From NCBI GenBank assembly GCA_965232515.1, contig CBDDPY010000002.1, forward strand, positions 5,760,001 to 5,824,000: a stretch of 64,000 nt of DNA, read 5' to 3'. The first letter of the stretch is position 1; each line of letters starts with the position of its first letter. Shown piece after piece: positions 9,712 to 18,827 of the stretch. This stretch comes from Alphaproteobacteria bacterium. GTDB taxonomy: Bacteria > Pseudomonadota > Alphaproteobacteria > GCA-2731375. Both the position numbers and the translations under genes were made by a program. The notes beneath the pieces were generated by a model. It had not been told where the DNA came from, ran no database searches, and saw only the letters and a list, made by a program, of their open reading frames with translations.

Positions 9712-10734
9712 ATGCATCGCGCCATGAAATACTTCATCGCCAAACGCATCCTGCTGCTCGGCGTCATGCTGATCGGCCTGCTGATGATCACGTTCGCCAT
9801 CAGCCATGTCGCGCCCGGCGATCCGGCGGCGCTGGCCGCCGGGCCAGACGCCACGCAGGAGATGATCGAGACCATCCGCACGGAATACGGCCTCGACAAG
9901 CCGTTGCCCGAGCAGTTCTGGATCTACCTCAAGGGCTTCTTCACCGGCGATCTCGGCCGATCGCTCCGCACCAGCCGCGACGTGCTCGACGATCTGATCC
10001 GCTATTTCCCCGCCACCTTCGAGCTGGTCATGTTCTCGATCCTGGTCGCGGTCGTCTTCGGCATTCCGCTCGGCATGCTCTCGGCGGTCTACAAGGACAC
10101 CTGGGTCGATCACCTGTCGCGCTTCGTTTCCGTGTCGGGCGTCGCCATCCCAATGTTCTGGCTCGGCCTGATGTTGCAGCTCTTCATCGCGCTCGAGCTC
10201 GGCTGGCTGCCGCTCGGCGGCCGGCTCGGGCTGATGACCGATCCGCCGGACCCGATCACGCATTTGCTGCTGGTCGACGCCCTGCTGCGCGGCCAATGGG
10301 GCATCTTCGCCGACGCCTTCGGGCACATCCTGCTGCCGGCGGTCGCGCTCTGCTTCCCGGCGCTCGCGTCTATCATCCGCGTCAACCGCGCGGAGATGCT
10401 CGAGACATTGAACCAGGACTACATCGTCAACGCCCGCGCGCACGGCATCGGCAGCACCCGCATCGTCGCGGTCTACGCGCTGAAGAACGCCATGATCCCG
10501 ACGCTCGCCATGATCGGCCTGCGCTACGGCTGGATGCTGGGCGGCACCATACTGGTAGAATCCGTCTTCGACTGGCCCGGCATCGGCCTCTACGCCGTGC
10601 AGTCGGCGGTGTCGTCGGACTTCCAGCCGATCATGGGCGTCACGCTCCTGATCGGCATCAACTTCATGATCGCCAACCTCCTGGTCGACCTCTGCTACGG
10701 CTGGCTCGACCCGCGCATCCGGCAGGAAGGCTAG
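9712..10734 (+). CDS. Peptide ABC permease (DppB-like)
   Basis: PGDPA, YGLDKPL, GDLGRS, EAA loop (YIVNARAHG) and ending LDPRIR. Confidence 0.92.
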   Translation: MHRAMKYFIAKRILLLGVMLIGLLMITFAISHVAPGDPAALAAGPDATQEMIETIRTEYGLDKPLPEQFWIYLKGFFTGDLGRSLRTSRDVLDDLIRYFPATFELVMFSILVAVVFGIPLGMLSAVYKDTWVDHLSRFVSVSGVAIPMFWLGLMLQLFIALELGWLPLGGRLGLMTDPPDPITHLLLVDALLRGQWGIFADAFGHILLPAVALCFPALASIIRVNRAEMLETLNQDYIVNARAHGIGSTRIVAVYALKNAMIPTLAMIGLRYGWMLGGTILVESVFDWPGIGLYAVQSAVSSDFQPIMGVTLLIGINFMIANLLVDLCYGWLDPRIRQEG

Positions 10735-10748
10735 ACGATGCGCGCAGC

Positions 10749-10870
10749 CGTCATTCCGCCCGCCACCCCCGACCCCGGCCCGCGCCAAGCCACGTGCTTG
10801 ACCGCCGGGCCGCGGTATCCGGAATCCGGGGCCGTCGACGCCTCGACCACATGCCCCGGGTTCCGGATTA
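10749..10870. repeat. Degenerate CGTC-type palindromic element
   Basis: cgtcattccg start; imperfect inverted pair tatccggaatccggggc / gccccgggttccggatt. Confidence 0.5.
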
Positions 10871-10900
10871 CCGGCGTCGGCGGGCAGGAGGCTTAAGCAC

Positions 10901-11815
10901 ATGGCGGAGAAGTCGATCGCCGTCGGGGATGTCGAGGTCGGCTGGCGCGAGCGGCATCAGAGCTCGATCCGTCAGATCCGGCTCTACGCCTACACCTTCT
11001 CAAAGAGCTTCTCGTCCATGCTGGGCCTCGGCCTGGTGCTTTTGTTCCTGATCATCGCCGCCGCCGGGCCCTGGATCGTGCCCTTTCCGGAAGACGCCGC
11101 CGGCTCGGTCAACCTCGACAACAAGCTGCAGGCGCCCAGCGCCGTGCACTGGTTCGGCACCGACGAGGTCGGCAACGACATCTATACCCGCGTCATCCTC
11201 GGCGCCCGCGTGTCGCTGCAGATCGGGCTGGTGATCACGCTGGTCGCCGCCGGCATCGGCGTGCCGCTCGGCATCATCTCCGGCTATATGGGCGGGCCGG
11301 TGCGCGAGGTGATCATGCGCATCACCGATATCTTCCTGTCGGTGCCCGCCTTGGTCCTGGCGATCGCCATCGTCACCGTGCTCGGGCCGGGCATCTTGAA
11401 CGCGATCATCGCGCTGTCGCTCGTCTGGTGGCCGGGCTACGTGCGCCTCGTCGACAGCAAGGCGCTGTCTATCCGCGGCGAGCTCTATGTCGAGGCCGCG
11501 CGCGCCGTCGGCGCCAGCCGCACGCGTATTCTCTTCATGCACATCCTGCCGAACTGCGTCTCGCCGATCATCGTCAAGGCCAGCATGGACATGGGTATGG
11601 CGATCCTCGCCGCCGCCAGCCTCGGTTTCATCGGCCTCGGCGCCCAGCCGCCCTATCCCGAATGGGGCGCGATGATCAGCACCGGCCGCAACTACCTGCC
11701 GACCTGGTGGTGGTACTCGGCCTTCCCGGGCTTGTTCATCTATTTCACCGTGCTGGGCTTCAACTTGCTGGGCGACGGCCTGCGCGACATCCTCGACCCG
11801 AAATCGCGCGGCTGA
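10901..11815 (+). CDS. Peptide ABC permease (DppC-like)
   Basis: HWFGTDEVGNDI, YVEAARAVGAS, PEWGAM and GDGLRDILDPK. Confidence 0.92.
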   Translation: MAEKSIAVGDVEVGWRERHQSSIRQIRLYAYTFSKSFSSMLGLGLVLLFLIIAAAGPWIVPFPEDAAGSVNLDNKLQAPSAVHWFGTDEVGNDIYTRVILGARVSLQIGLVITLVAAGIGVPLGIISGYMGGPVREVIMRITDIFLSVPALVLAIAIVTVLGPGILNAIIALSLVWWPGYVRLVDSKALSIRGELYVEAARAVGASRTRILFMHILPNCVSPIIVKASMDMGMAILAAASLGFIGLGAQPPYPEWGAMISTGRNYLPTWWWYSAFPGLFIYFTVLGFNLLGDGLRDILDPKSRG

Positions 11816-11818
11816 GCC

Positions 11819-12817
11819 ATGACCGACCCGCTGCTCGACATCCGCGACTTCCGCCTGCACTTCGATACCTTCGATGGCGAGCACAAGGCGCTCGACGGCA
11901 TCAACATCCAGGTCGCGCGCGGCGAGACCGTCGGCATCGTCGGCGAGACCGGCTGCGGCAAGTCGATCACCGCCAAGAGCGTGCTGCGCCTGCTGCCGTC
12001 GCCGCCGGCCCGTGTCGTCTCTGGTGAGATCCGCTTCCAGGGCCGCGATCTGCTGACCCTGCCCGAGTCCGAGATCCGCCGCATCCGCGGCATCGACATC
12101 GCCATGATCTTCCAGGACCCGATGACCTATCTCAATCCGGTCTTCACCGTCGGCCAGCAGCTCGTCGACGTGATCATGAGCCATCAGGCGGCGCGGCCGT
12201 CGGGCGAGCGCCTCAACCGCCGCGCCGCCCGCGACAAAGCCGTTTCGCTCTTGGAAAGCGTGCGCATCCCGCACGCCGACGTGCAGATCGATTCCTATCC
12301 GCACCAGCTCTCTGGCGGCATGCGCCAGCGCGTGCTGATCGCCATGGCGCTTTCCGGCTCGCCGTCGCTTCTGATCGCGGACGAGCCGACGACGGCCCTC
12401 GACGTCACCATCCAGGCCCAGATCCTGCAGCTCATCGCCGACCTCGTCGACGAGTTCCATCTGGCGGTGCTGATGATCTCGCACGACCTCGGCGTCGTCG
12501 CCAAGCTCTGCCGCCGCGTCGTCGTCATGTATGCCGGTAACGTCGTGGAAGACGCGCCCACGGCCGAGATCTTCGAGCAGCCGAAGCACCCCTATACCCA
12601 GCGCCTGCTGCAGGCGATCCCACACCTGCACGCCGACGTGCAGCACCTGTCGGGCATCACCGGCAGCATCCCGAACCTGCTCGACCCGCCGCCGGGCTGC
12701 CGCTTCCACCCGCGCTGCGGCCAGGCAATGCCGGTCTGCGCCCAGGCCAAGCCCGTCTTCGGCGACGTCGCGCCCGGCCATGGCGCCGCCTGCCACCTCT
12801 ATGGCGAGGGCGCCTGA
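11819..12817 (+). CDS. Peptide ABC ATPase (DppD-like)
   Basis: GETGCGKS, LSGGMRQR, DEPTTALD and C-terminal Cys cluster. Confidence 0.93.
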   Translation: MTDPLLDIRDFRLHFDTFDGEHKALDGINIQVARGETVGIVGETGCGKSITAKSVLRLLPSPPARVVSGEIRFQGRDLLTLPESEIRRIRGIDIAMIFQDPMTYLNPVFTVGQQLVDVIMSHQAARPSGERLNRRAARDKAVSLLESVRIPHADVQIDSYPHQLSGGMRQRVLIAMALSGSPSLLIADEPTTALDVTIQAQILQLIADLVDEFHLAVLMISHDLGVVAKLCRRVVVMYAGNVVEDAPTAEIFEQPKHPYTQRLLQAIPHLHADVQHLSGITGSIPNLLDPPPGCRFHPRCGQAMPVCAQAKPVFGDVAPGHGAACHLYGEGA

Positions 12818-13773
12818 TGCTGCTCGAGGTCCAGGACCTGAAGAAGCATTTCACCGTCAAGCGCGGCCTCTTCGACCGCGGCCATCTGCGCGCCGTCGAC
12901 GGCGTCGATCTGGCGCTGGCGCCGGGCGAGGCTTGCGGCCTTGTCGGCGAGTCCGGTTCGGGCAAGTCGACCGTGGCGCGCCTGGTGCTGCGCCTGCTGA
13001 CGCCGACAGCCGGCCGCATCCTGTTCGACGGCGACGACATCGGCGGCCTGGAGGAGCGTGACCTGGCCGGCCTGCGCGAGCGCATGCAGATGATCTTTCA
13101 GGATCCGCACTCCGCATTGAACCCGCGCATGACCGTGTTCCGTTCCATCGCCGAGCCGCTGGTCATTCACCGCCGCCTCGGCGGCCTGGAGCTGCGCAAC
13201 CAGGTCGAGGAGCTGCTGGAGATCGTCGGCCTCAGCCGTCAGTTCATGTACCGCTTCCCGCACGAGCTCTCGGGCGGACAAAAACAGCGCGTCTGCATCG
13301 CCCGCGCCGTGGCGCTCCGGCCCAAACTCCTGGTGCTGGACGAGCCCACATCGGCGCTCGACGTCTCGGTGCAGGCGCAGATCCTGGAATTCCTCACCGA
13401 TCTGCGCGAACGCCTCGGCCTCACGTATCTCTTCATCTCCCACAACCTCGCCGTCATCCGCTATGTCTGCGACCGGGTCGCGGTCATGTATCTCGGCCGC
13501 ATCGTCGAGGAAGGCGATACCGCCACCGTGTTCGAGCAGCCAAAGCACCCCTACACGCAAGCACTGCTATCGTCCGTGCCGCTGCCGCAGGCCGAACAGC
13601 CCGACGACGCCATCATCCTGGAAGGCGACATCCCCAGCCCCATCGACGTGCCCACGGGCTGTCCCTTCCACACCCGCTGCCCCCACAAGATCGGCCCGAT
13701 CTGCGAATCCGCTCGCCCGACGCTCGCGCCCGACGCCGCCGGCCGCAAAATCGCCTGCCACCTTTACGACTAA
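12817..13773 (+). CDS. Peptide ABC ATPase (DppF-like)
   Basis: GESGSGKS, LSGGQKQR, DEPTSALD and GCPFHTRC. Confidence 0.93.
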   Translation: MLLEVQDLKKHFTVKRGLFDRGHLRAVDGVDLALAPGEACGLVGESGSGKSTVARLVLRLLTPTAGRILFDGDDIGGLEERDLAGLRERMQMIFQDPHSALNPRMTVFRSIAEPLVIHRRLGGLELRNQVEELLEIVGLSRQFMYRFPHELSGGQKQRVCIARAVALRPKLLVLDEPTSALDVSVQAQILEFLTDLRERLGLTYLFISHNLAVIRYVCDRVAVMYLGRIVEEGDTATVFEQPKHPYTQALLSSVPLPQAEQPDDAIILEGDIPSPIDVPTGCPFHTRCPHKIGPICESARPTLAPDAAGRKIACHLYD

Positions 13774-13785
13774 GACGTCTATTCA

Positions 13786-13852
13786 GTCATACCGGCGAAG
13801 GCCGGTATCCAAGTCGGCGGCTGCAATGGATACCGGCCTTCGCCGGTATGAC
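13786..13852. repeat. Perfect 26-bp inverted REP-like doublet between convergent genes (probable terminator/stabiliser)
   Basis: gtcataccggcgaaggccggtatcca (13786-13811) / tggataccggccttcgccggtatgac (13827-13852). Confidence 0.85.
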
Positions 13853-13872
13853 GAGGACGGCGTTCTGCCGCC

Positions 13873-14607
13873 TCAAACCTCGACACACATCCCATCCGCC
13901 GCGGTCTCGCAGTCGAGGTCGGGCAGGCGGGCCAGCATGTCGGGGCCCATATGGGTCAGGATCACGCGCTTCGCGGCGATGGCGTCGAGATGCGCCGCCA
14001 GCGACGCGTAGTCCAGGTGCCACTTGATTGGCTTGTCGTAGAACAACGCTTCGGCGATCAGCAGATCGGCCTCCCGGCCCGCCTCGATCAGCGCGTCGGT
14101 CCACTCCGTGTCGCCGGTATAGCAAACCGTGCGGCCGTCGCAGGCGAGCCGCAGCGCGTAGGGCGGCGCGCCGCAGGCATGGTTCACCTCGAACGGCGTC
14201 ACCGATACGCCGTTGATTTCGGCCGCCGCGCCCGCCGTCAGCTCGATCACCTCGACCGCGAACCTGCGTTTGGCGCCGGTCGAACCCGGGAAGAACACCT
14301 CCATCGCCTGGTCCAGCCGTTCGCGCAGACCCGGCGGTCCGGCGACGGTCAGCGGCGCCGTCCGTTTGCTGTAGAGCTGCGCGTCCAGGATCATGAACGG
14401 CAGGCCGCCGAAGTGATCGCCGTGCAGATGGCTGACGAACACGGTGTGGATCGCGTTCGGGTCCACCTCGAAGCGTCGCATGGCGATCATCGACGAGGCG
14501 CCGCAATCGATCAGAAAGCAGCCCGCGCCGGCTGTGACATGGAAGCAGGTGTTGAAGCGCCCGCCGCTGCCGAAGGCGTCGCCGCTGCCGAGAAACCGGA
14601 TCTGCAT
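13873..14607 (-). CDS. MBL-fold metallo-hydrolase (RNase Z/BN-like)
   Basis: FLGSGDAFGSGG, LIDCG, SHLHGDHFGG, YTGDT and LTH motifs; GGAGG RBS. Confidence 0.88.
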   Translation of the reverse strand: MQIRFLGSGDAFGSGGRFNTCFHVTAGAGCFLIDCGASSMIAMRRFEVDPNAIHTVFVSHLHGDHFGGLPFMILDAQLYSKRTAPLTVAGPPGLRERLDQAMEVFFPGSTGAKRRFAVEVIELTAGAAAEINGVSVTPFEVNHACGAPPYALRLACDGRTVCYTGDTEWTDALIEAGREADLLIAEALFYDKPIKWHLDYASLAAHLDAIAAKRVILTHMGPDMLARLPDLDCETAADGMCVEV

Positions 14608-14698
14608 GCCGACCATGCCTCCTTCGCTTGCGTTTCCACGTCTGACATGAAATATAATCGAAACTCTAAATTGATCGCAAAACATAAAGAATTCGATT

Positions 14699-15697
14699 TT
14701 GTCGAAAGTGGTGATCAGCAACTGGGTGCATGACGCGGTGATCGACCGCCTGGCGCCCCATTGCACCGTCGTCGCCAATCCCGACCGTGAACCCTGGCCG
14801 GCCGACGAGCTCGCCCGCCGCGCGGCCGACGCCGACGCGCTCATTGCCTTCATGACCGAACGCATCGACGACGACTTCCTGGCGCGCTGCCCCGACCTCC
14901 GCATCGTCGCCGCCGCGCTCAAGGGCTACGACAATTTCGACGTCGCCGCCTGCACCCGCCGCGGCGTCTGGCTGACCATCGTCGACGATCTGCTGACGGC
15001 GCCGACGGCGGAGCTGACGGTCGGCCTGATGATCGCGCTCGCCCGCCACGTCACGGCCGGCGACCGGCTGCTGCGCGGCGGTGGCTTCGCCGGCTGGCGG
15101 CCGACGCTCTACGGCGGCACGCTCGACGGCGCTTGCGTGGGCCTGATCGGCGCCGGCGCCGTCGGCCAAGCCATCGCGCGGCGGCTCGCGGGCTTCGACT
15201 GCGACCTGCGCTATCACGACCGGCACCGACTGCCCGCCGACACCGAACGGCGGCTTCGCCTACGTCATATGACGCTGCCAGAACTCGTTCGCGGCAGCGA
15301 CTTTCTCGTGTTCGCCCTGCCGCTGACGCCCGCCACACAACACCTCGTCAACGCCGAGCTGCTGCGGCAGGTCAAGCCCGGCTGCTATCTCGTCAACCCT
15401 GCGCGCGGCTCGCTGGTCGACGAGGAGGCCGTCGCCGACGCCCTCGACGACGGTCGGCTCGCCGGCTATGCCGCCGACACGTTCGAAATGGAGGACTGGG
15501 CCCGGCCCGACCGCCCCACCTCTGTCGCCGCCCGGCTGCGAGCGCCGGACGCCCGCACCGTGCTGACGCCGCATCTCGGCTCCGCCGTCGACAGCATTCG
15601 CCGCGACATCGCGCTCGCCGCAGCCGACAACGTCCTGCAATGCCTCGCCGGCGAACGTCCGGCGGGCGCCGTCAACGATCCGCTTGGCCAATGTTGA
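14699..15697 (+). CDS. ptxD: Phosphite (phosphonate) dehydrogenase
   Basis: PtxD signature residues recognisable: AFMT, ALKGYDNFD (Lys76), GVWLT..DLLTAPTAEL, GWRPTLYG, NPARGS (Arg237), FEMEDWAR (Glu266), TPHLGSAV (His292). Confidence 0.9.
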   Translation: MSKVVISNWVHDAVIDRLAPHCTVVANPDREPWPADELARRAADADALIAFMTERIDDDFLARCPDLRIVAAALKGYDNFDVAACTRRGVWLTIVDDLLTAPTAELTVGLMIALARHVTAGDRLLRGGGFAGWRPTLYGGTLDGACVGLIGAGAVGQAIARRLAGFDCDLRYHDRHRLPADTERRLRLRHMTLPELVRGSDFLVFALPLTPATQHLVNAELLRQVKPGCYLVNPARGSLVDEEAVADALDDGRLAGYAADTFEMEDWARPDRPTSVAARLRAPDARTVLTPHLGSAVDSIRRDIALAAADNVLQCLAGERPAGAVNDPLGQC

Positions 15698-16560
15698 ACC
15701 TGACCTACGTCAACACCTTCGTCTCGGTGATCGAGACCGGCAGCTTCCGCGAAGCCGCGCGCCGGCTCGCCTGCGCCCAGCCTACCGTGACCCAACACAT
15801 CAAGAAGCTGGAAGCCGTCCTGCAGGCGCCGCTCGTCGCCCGCAGCCACGCCGCCTGCACGCCCACGGCCCACGGCGAACGCTTCCTGCCGTTCGCCCGC
15901 AGCCTGCTCCAGGTCGCCGCCCGCGCCCGCACCGCCGTCGCCGGCCGCCGACTCGCGATCGGCGCCAGCACCAACATCGGCACCTATCTGCTGCCGCAAC
16001 GCCTCAAGGCCTTCGCCGACCACAATGGCGCCGGCATCGCCGTCGAACCGCACATCGCCGGCAATCCGGCGGTCGCCGAGATGCTGGCGGCCGGCGAGAT
16101 CGATTGTGCGTTGATGGAATGGCCGCCGGCGCTCGCCGGCTTCGACGCCATCGTCTGGCGGCACGAACCGATGGTCGTCATCGTGCCGCCGGATCATCCC
16201 TGGGCCGGCCGGCGCAGCGTTTCGCGGGCCAAGCTGCTGGCGACGCCGTTGTTGGGCGGCGAATCCGGTACCGGCACCGCCACCCTGCTGCGCCAGGCTT
16301 TCGGCGAGGCCGCGGCCGACCTGAAGATTCAGCTCACCCTCGGCAGCACCGAGGCCGTAAAGCAGGCCGTCATCGCCGGCCTCGGCGTTTCCCTGACGCT
16401 CGCCTGCGCCGTCGAGGTCGACGTCGAGAATGGCCGTCTCGCCGCGCTACCCATCGCCGGCCCGCGCCTGACCAAGCCGCTGCACCTCGTCACCCCGACC
16501 GACGCCCCCGCAACGTCGCCCATCAAAGTCTTCGCCAACTTCCTGCGCACGGCCGGCTAA
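15691..16560 (+). CDS. ptxE: LysR-family regulator (PtxE-like)
   Basis: MLNLTYVNTF..GSFREAARRL..AQPTVTQHIKKLE HTH and GASTNIGTY; overlaps the ptxD stop, as in ptxDE operons. Confidence 0.8.
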   Translation: MLNLTYVNTFVSVIETGSFREAARRLACAQPTVTQHIKKLEAVLQAPLVARSHAACTPTAHGERFLPFARSLLQVAARARTAVAGRRLAIGASTNIGTYLLPQRLKAFADHNGAGIAVEPHIAGNPAVAEMLAAGEIDCALMEWPPALAGFDAIVWRHEPMVVIVPPDHPWAGRRSVSRAKLLATPLLGGESGTGTATLLRQAFGEAAADLKIQLTLGSTEAVKQAVIAGLGVSLTLACAVEVDVENGRLAALPIAGPRLTKPLHLVTPTDAPATSPIKVFANFLRTAG

Positions 16561-16604
16561 TCAGCGGCGGCAGAGATCGATCTGGAATGGCCGAAGCGTT
16601 GTTC

Positions 16605-16694
16605 CTGGGTTGCCGGGTCAAGCCCGGCAACGACAGCTTTTTTGGTCGAGGTCCATTTCTTTTCCGTCATGCCCGGGCTTGACCCGGGCATCCC
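16605..16694. repeat. CGTC-type REP doublet
   Basis: ctgggttgccgggtcaagcccggcaacgac ... cgtcatgcccgggcttgacccgggcatccc. Confidence 0.8.
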
Positions 16695-16747
16695 GAGCCA
16701 CCTGACAGATTGTGATCAACATTCGTGGCGAATGTCGTGCCAGCGCG

Positions 16748-17365
16748 CTAGTTCCGGTACAGGTCGCCGGCATAGCCGTCGGCGACGAAGGCGTCGATCC
16801 GTTGGGCGACGTCATCCTCGGCCTGCAATTGCGCCGCGATGATCTTGCCGAACGAGACCTTCTGTGGTTCGGGCCAACTCTCCGGTTGCCAGAGCCCAGC
16901 GCGCAGAAAGGCCCGCGCGCAGTGGAAATAGCAATGCCGGATGTGCACGCGGACCGCCAGCAGCGCCGGCCGATCGTCGTCGGTTAATCGGTCGAGCAGT
17001 TCGGCGTCCGTGGTGATCTCGGCCCGGCCGCTGATCCGCAAGGTCTCGCCCGTGCCCGGCGTCACCAGCAACAGCCCGATCTCAGGATTCTCGATGATGT
17101 TGCTCAAACCGAAGGCGAGGTTGTTCCCGGCGCGTTCGGGCAGGGCGACGGTGCGGTCGTCCTCGATCAGTACGAAGCCCGGCTTGTCGCCCTTGGGAGA
17201 TACTTCGAGGCCGTTTTCGCCCGAGGTGCCCAACACCGCGAACGGCGCGCGGGCGATGAACGCCCGCGCCTGATCGTCAAGACGGTCGAGGATCTTCGCC
17301 CGCGTCGTCCGCCGCGGTTCCGGCACGATCCGCCGCAACGCCTCGATGGATGTAATCGTCGTCAT
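16748..17365 (-). CDS. Pyridoxamine 5'-phosphate oxidase-like FMN-binding protein (MSMEG_1061 type)
   Basis: SPKGDKPGFV, LPERAGNN, ETLRISGRA and YFHCARAFLRAGLW. Confidence 0.85.
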   Translation of the reverse strand: MTTITSIEALRRIVPEPRRTTRAKILDRLDDQARAFIARAPFAVLGTSGENGLEVSPKGDKPGFVLIEDDRTVALPERAGNNLAFGLSNIIENPEIGLLLVTPGTGETLRISGRAEITTDAELLDRLTDDDRPALLAVRVHIRHCYFHCARAFLRAGLWQPESWPEPQKVSFGKIIAAQLQAEDDVAQRIDAFVADGYAGDLYRN

Positions 17366-17471
17366 CCCTCTGCCCCCTGTCCAACCGCCACGCCGCTTTG
17401 TCGCCGCTCAGTACCGCTTCCCACCAATGCGCCCGGTCCATGGCGGCGCGAACGCGGGTCAGCATGGCCAT
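17277..17471 (-). pseudogene. Short ORF with RBS whose start resembles the Ada N-terminus (truncated remnant)
   Basis: GGGGAG RBS then MAMLTRVRAAMDRAHWWEAVLSGDKAA, like Ada W.AV..RD...DG; similarity ends before the Cys ligands. Confidence 0.35.
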
Positions 17472-17497
17472 ATCCGTTCTCCCCCATCCTTCGTTCG

Positions 17498-17929
17498 TCA
17501 CGCGACGTGCTGCAGCATCGCCTGGAACCGCTGGGCGAACATGGCGTCCGCCTTCGGCAGGTCCATGGCGATGTTGATGGTCACGCCGTTCGGATCCATC
17601 ACTGCGAAATGCCGTTGGCCCCAGCTCGCGTCGCGGATCTCGACGCAGATGTCGATGCCCTTCGCCTTCAGTTCGGCATAGGCCGCATCCACGTCCGCGA
17701 CCTCCAAGCCGATGAACATGCCGCCGCGATATTCCGTCGCGAACGCCAGCGGCATCGTTGGCAGCCCCCGCCGCAGGAAACCGATCTGGATCGACGGCGC
17801 GCCCGGCCAGGCCAACTGCAGGTAATCGTCGCCGGCATGCACCGTCTCGAAGCCGAGCAGCGTGTAGAAGAGCTGCGTTTCCGTCAGGTCCGATGTGGCG
17901 ATAATCGGGTATTGCGTCTTCAGCTTCAT
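17498..17929 (-). CDS. VOC (glyoxalase/bleomycin-resistance) family protein
   Basis: FYTLLGF, LEVADVDAAY and WGQRHFAVMDPNG. Confidence 0.88.
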   Translation of the reverse strand: MKLKTQYPIIATSDLTETQLFYTLLGFETVHAGDDYLQLAWPGAPSIQIGFLRRGLPTMPLAFATEYRGGMFIGLEVADVDAAYAELKAKGIDICVEIRDASWGQRHFAVMDPNGVTINIAMDLPKADAMFAQRFQAMLQHVA

Positions 17930-17994
17930 GGCCGTGCGACCTCCATTTCCGGGCAATTCCGTTCACGATATGGTCTAGTCATACAGACCTGCTC

Positions 17995-18012
17995 CTGACA
18001 GCATGCTGTCAG
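17995..18012. promoter_or_regulatory. Perfect palindrome CTGACA-N6-TGTCAG, probable operator of the adjacent WYL regulator
   Basis: ctgacagcatgctgtcag between divergent VOC and HTH-WYL genes. Confidence 0.65.
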
Positions 18013-18067
18013 CAGTCCGGCGCTAGATTCGAATGGTCACGATGGCGCCGAAAATGAGGGGGAAGAG

Positions 18068-18787
18068 ATGCGCCGTGCCGACCGGCTGTTCAGGCTGATC
18101 CAGTACCTGCGGGGCCGCCGCCGGGCCACGACCGCGCGCGACATTGCCGACGCGCTGGAGGTCTCGGTCCGCACGGTCTACCGCGACATCGCCGATCTCG
18201 CCGCCTCGGGCGTGCCGATCGACGGCGAGGCCGGGGTGGGCTACGTGCTGCGCGGCGGCTTCGACCTGCCGCCGCTCATGTTCGACGTCGAGGAGATCGA
18301 GGCGCTGGTGCTGGGCGTGCAGATCGTCGGCCGCTGGGGCGATCCCGGGCTCGCCGCCGCCGCCCGCCGCATCCAGGAGAAGGTCGAGGCGGTACTGCCC
18401 GAGAACCTGCGCGACGAGCTGATGGATACGCCGCTGTTCGCGCCGCCGACCCGGGCGCAGGTGCCGTTCTCGGTCGATCTCGCCGGGCTGCGGCACGCCA
18501 TCCGCGACCGCCGCAAGGTGCAGTTCAGCTATACGAACGAGCAGGGCCGGGCGTCGACGCGCACCGTGCGTCCGCTGGGGCTCGCCTTCTACGGCCCGGT
18601 CTGGCTGTTCATGGCCTGGTGCGAGCTGCGCGACGATTTCCGCGCCTTCCGCGTCGACCGCATGACCGACGCTGTCGTGCGCGACGAGATCTTCATGCAC
18701 GAGGACGGCAAGCGCATCACCGACTACATCGCCCGCGAGGAAGCCGCCGCGGCCGCCTACCGCAAGATCCGCGACAAACGCGCTTAG
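18068..18787 (+). CDS. YafY-family HTH-WYL transcriptional regulator
   Basis: MRRADRLFRLIQ, EVSVRTVYRDI, PPLMF, RTVRPLGL and AWCELRDDFRAFRVDRM. Confidence 0.92.
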   Translation: MRRADRLFRLIQYLRGRRRATTARDIADALEVSVRTVYRDIADLAASGVPIDGEAGVGYVLRGGFDLPPLMFDVEEIEALVLGVQIVGRWGDPGLAAAARRIQEKVEAVLPENLRDELMDTPLFAPPTRAQVPFSVDLAGLRHAIRDRRKVQFSYTNEQGRASTRTVRPLGLAFYGPVWLFMAWCELRDDFRAFRVDRMTDAVVRDEIFMHEDGKRITDYIAREEAAAAAYRKIRDKRA

Positions 18788-18827
18788 ATCGGCTATCGAA
18801 TGGGGCGTGAACAGGGAGGACGCCCGC

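Noticed and set aside
4490-16694. Recurring ~31-bp palindromes as a CRISPR array
   Set aside because: They are dispersed and in inverted pairs, with no regular spacers and no cas genes; they are REP-like.
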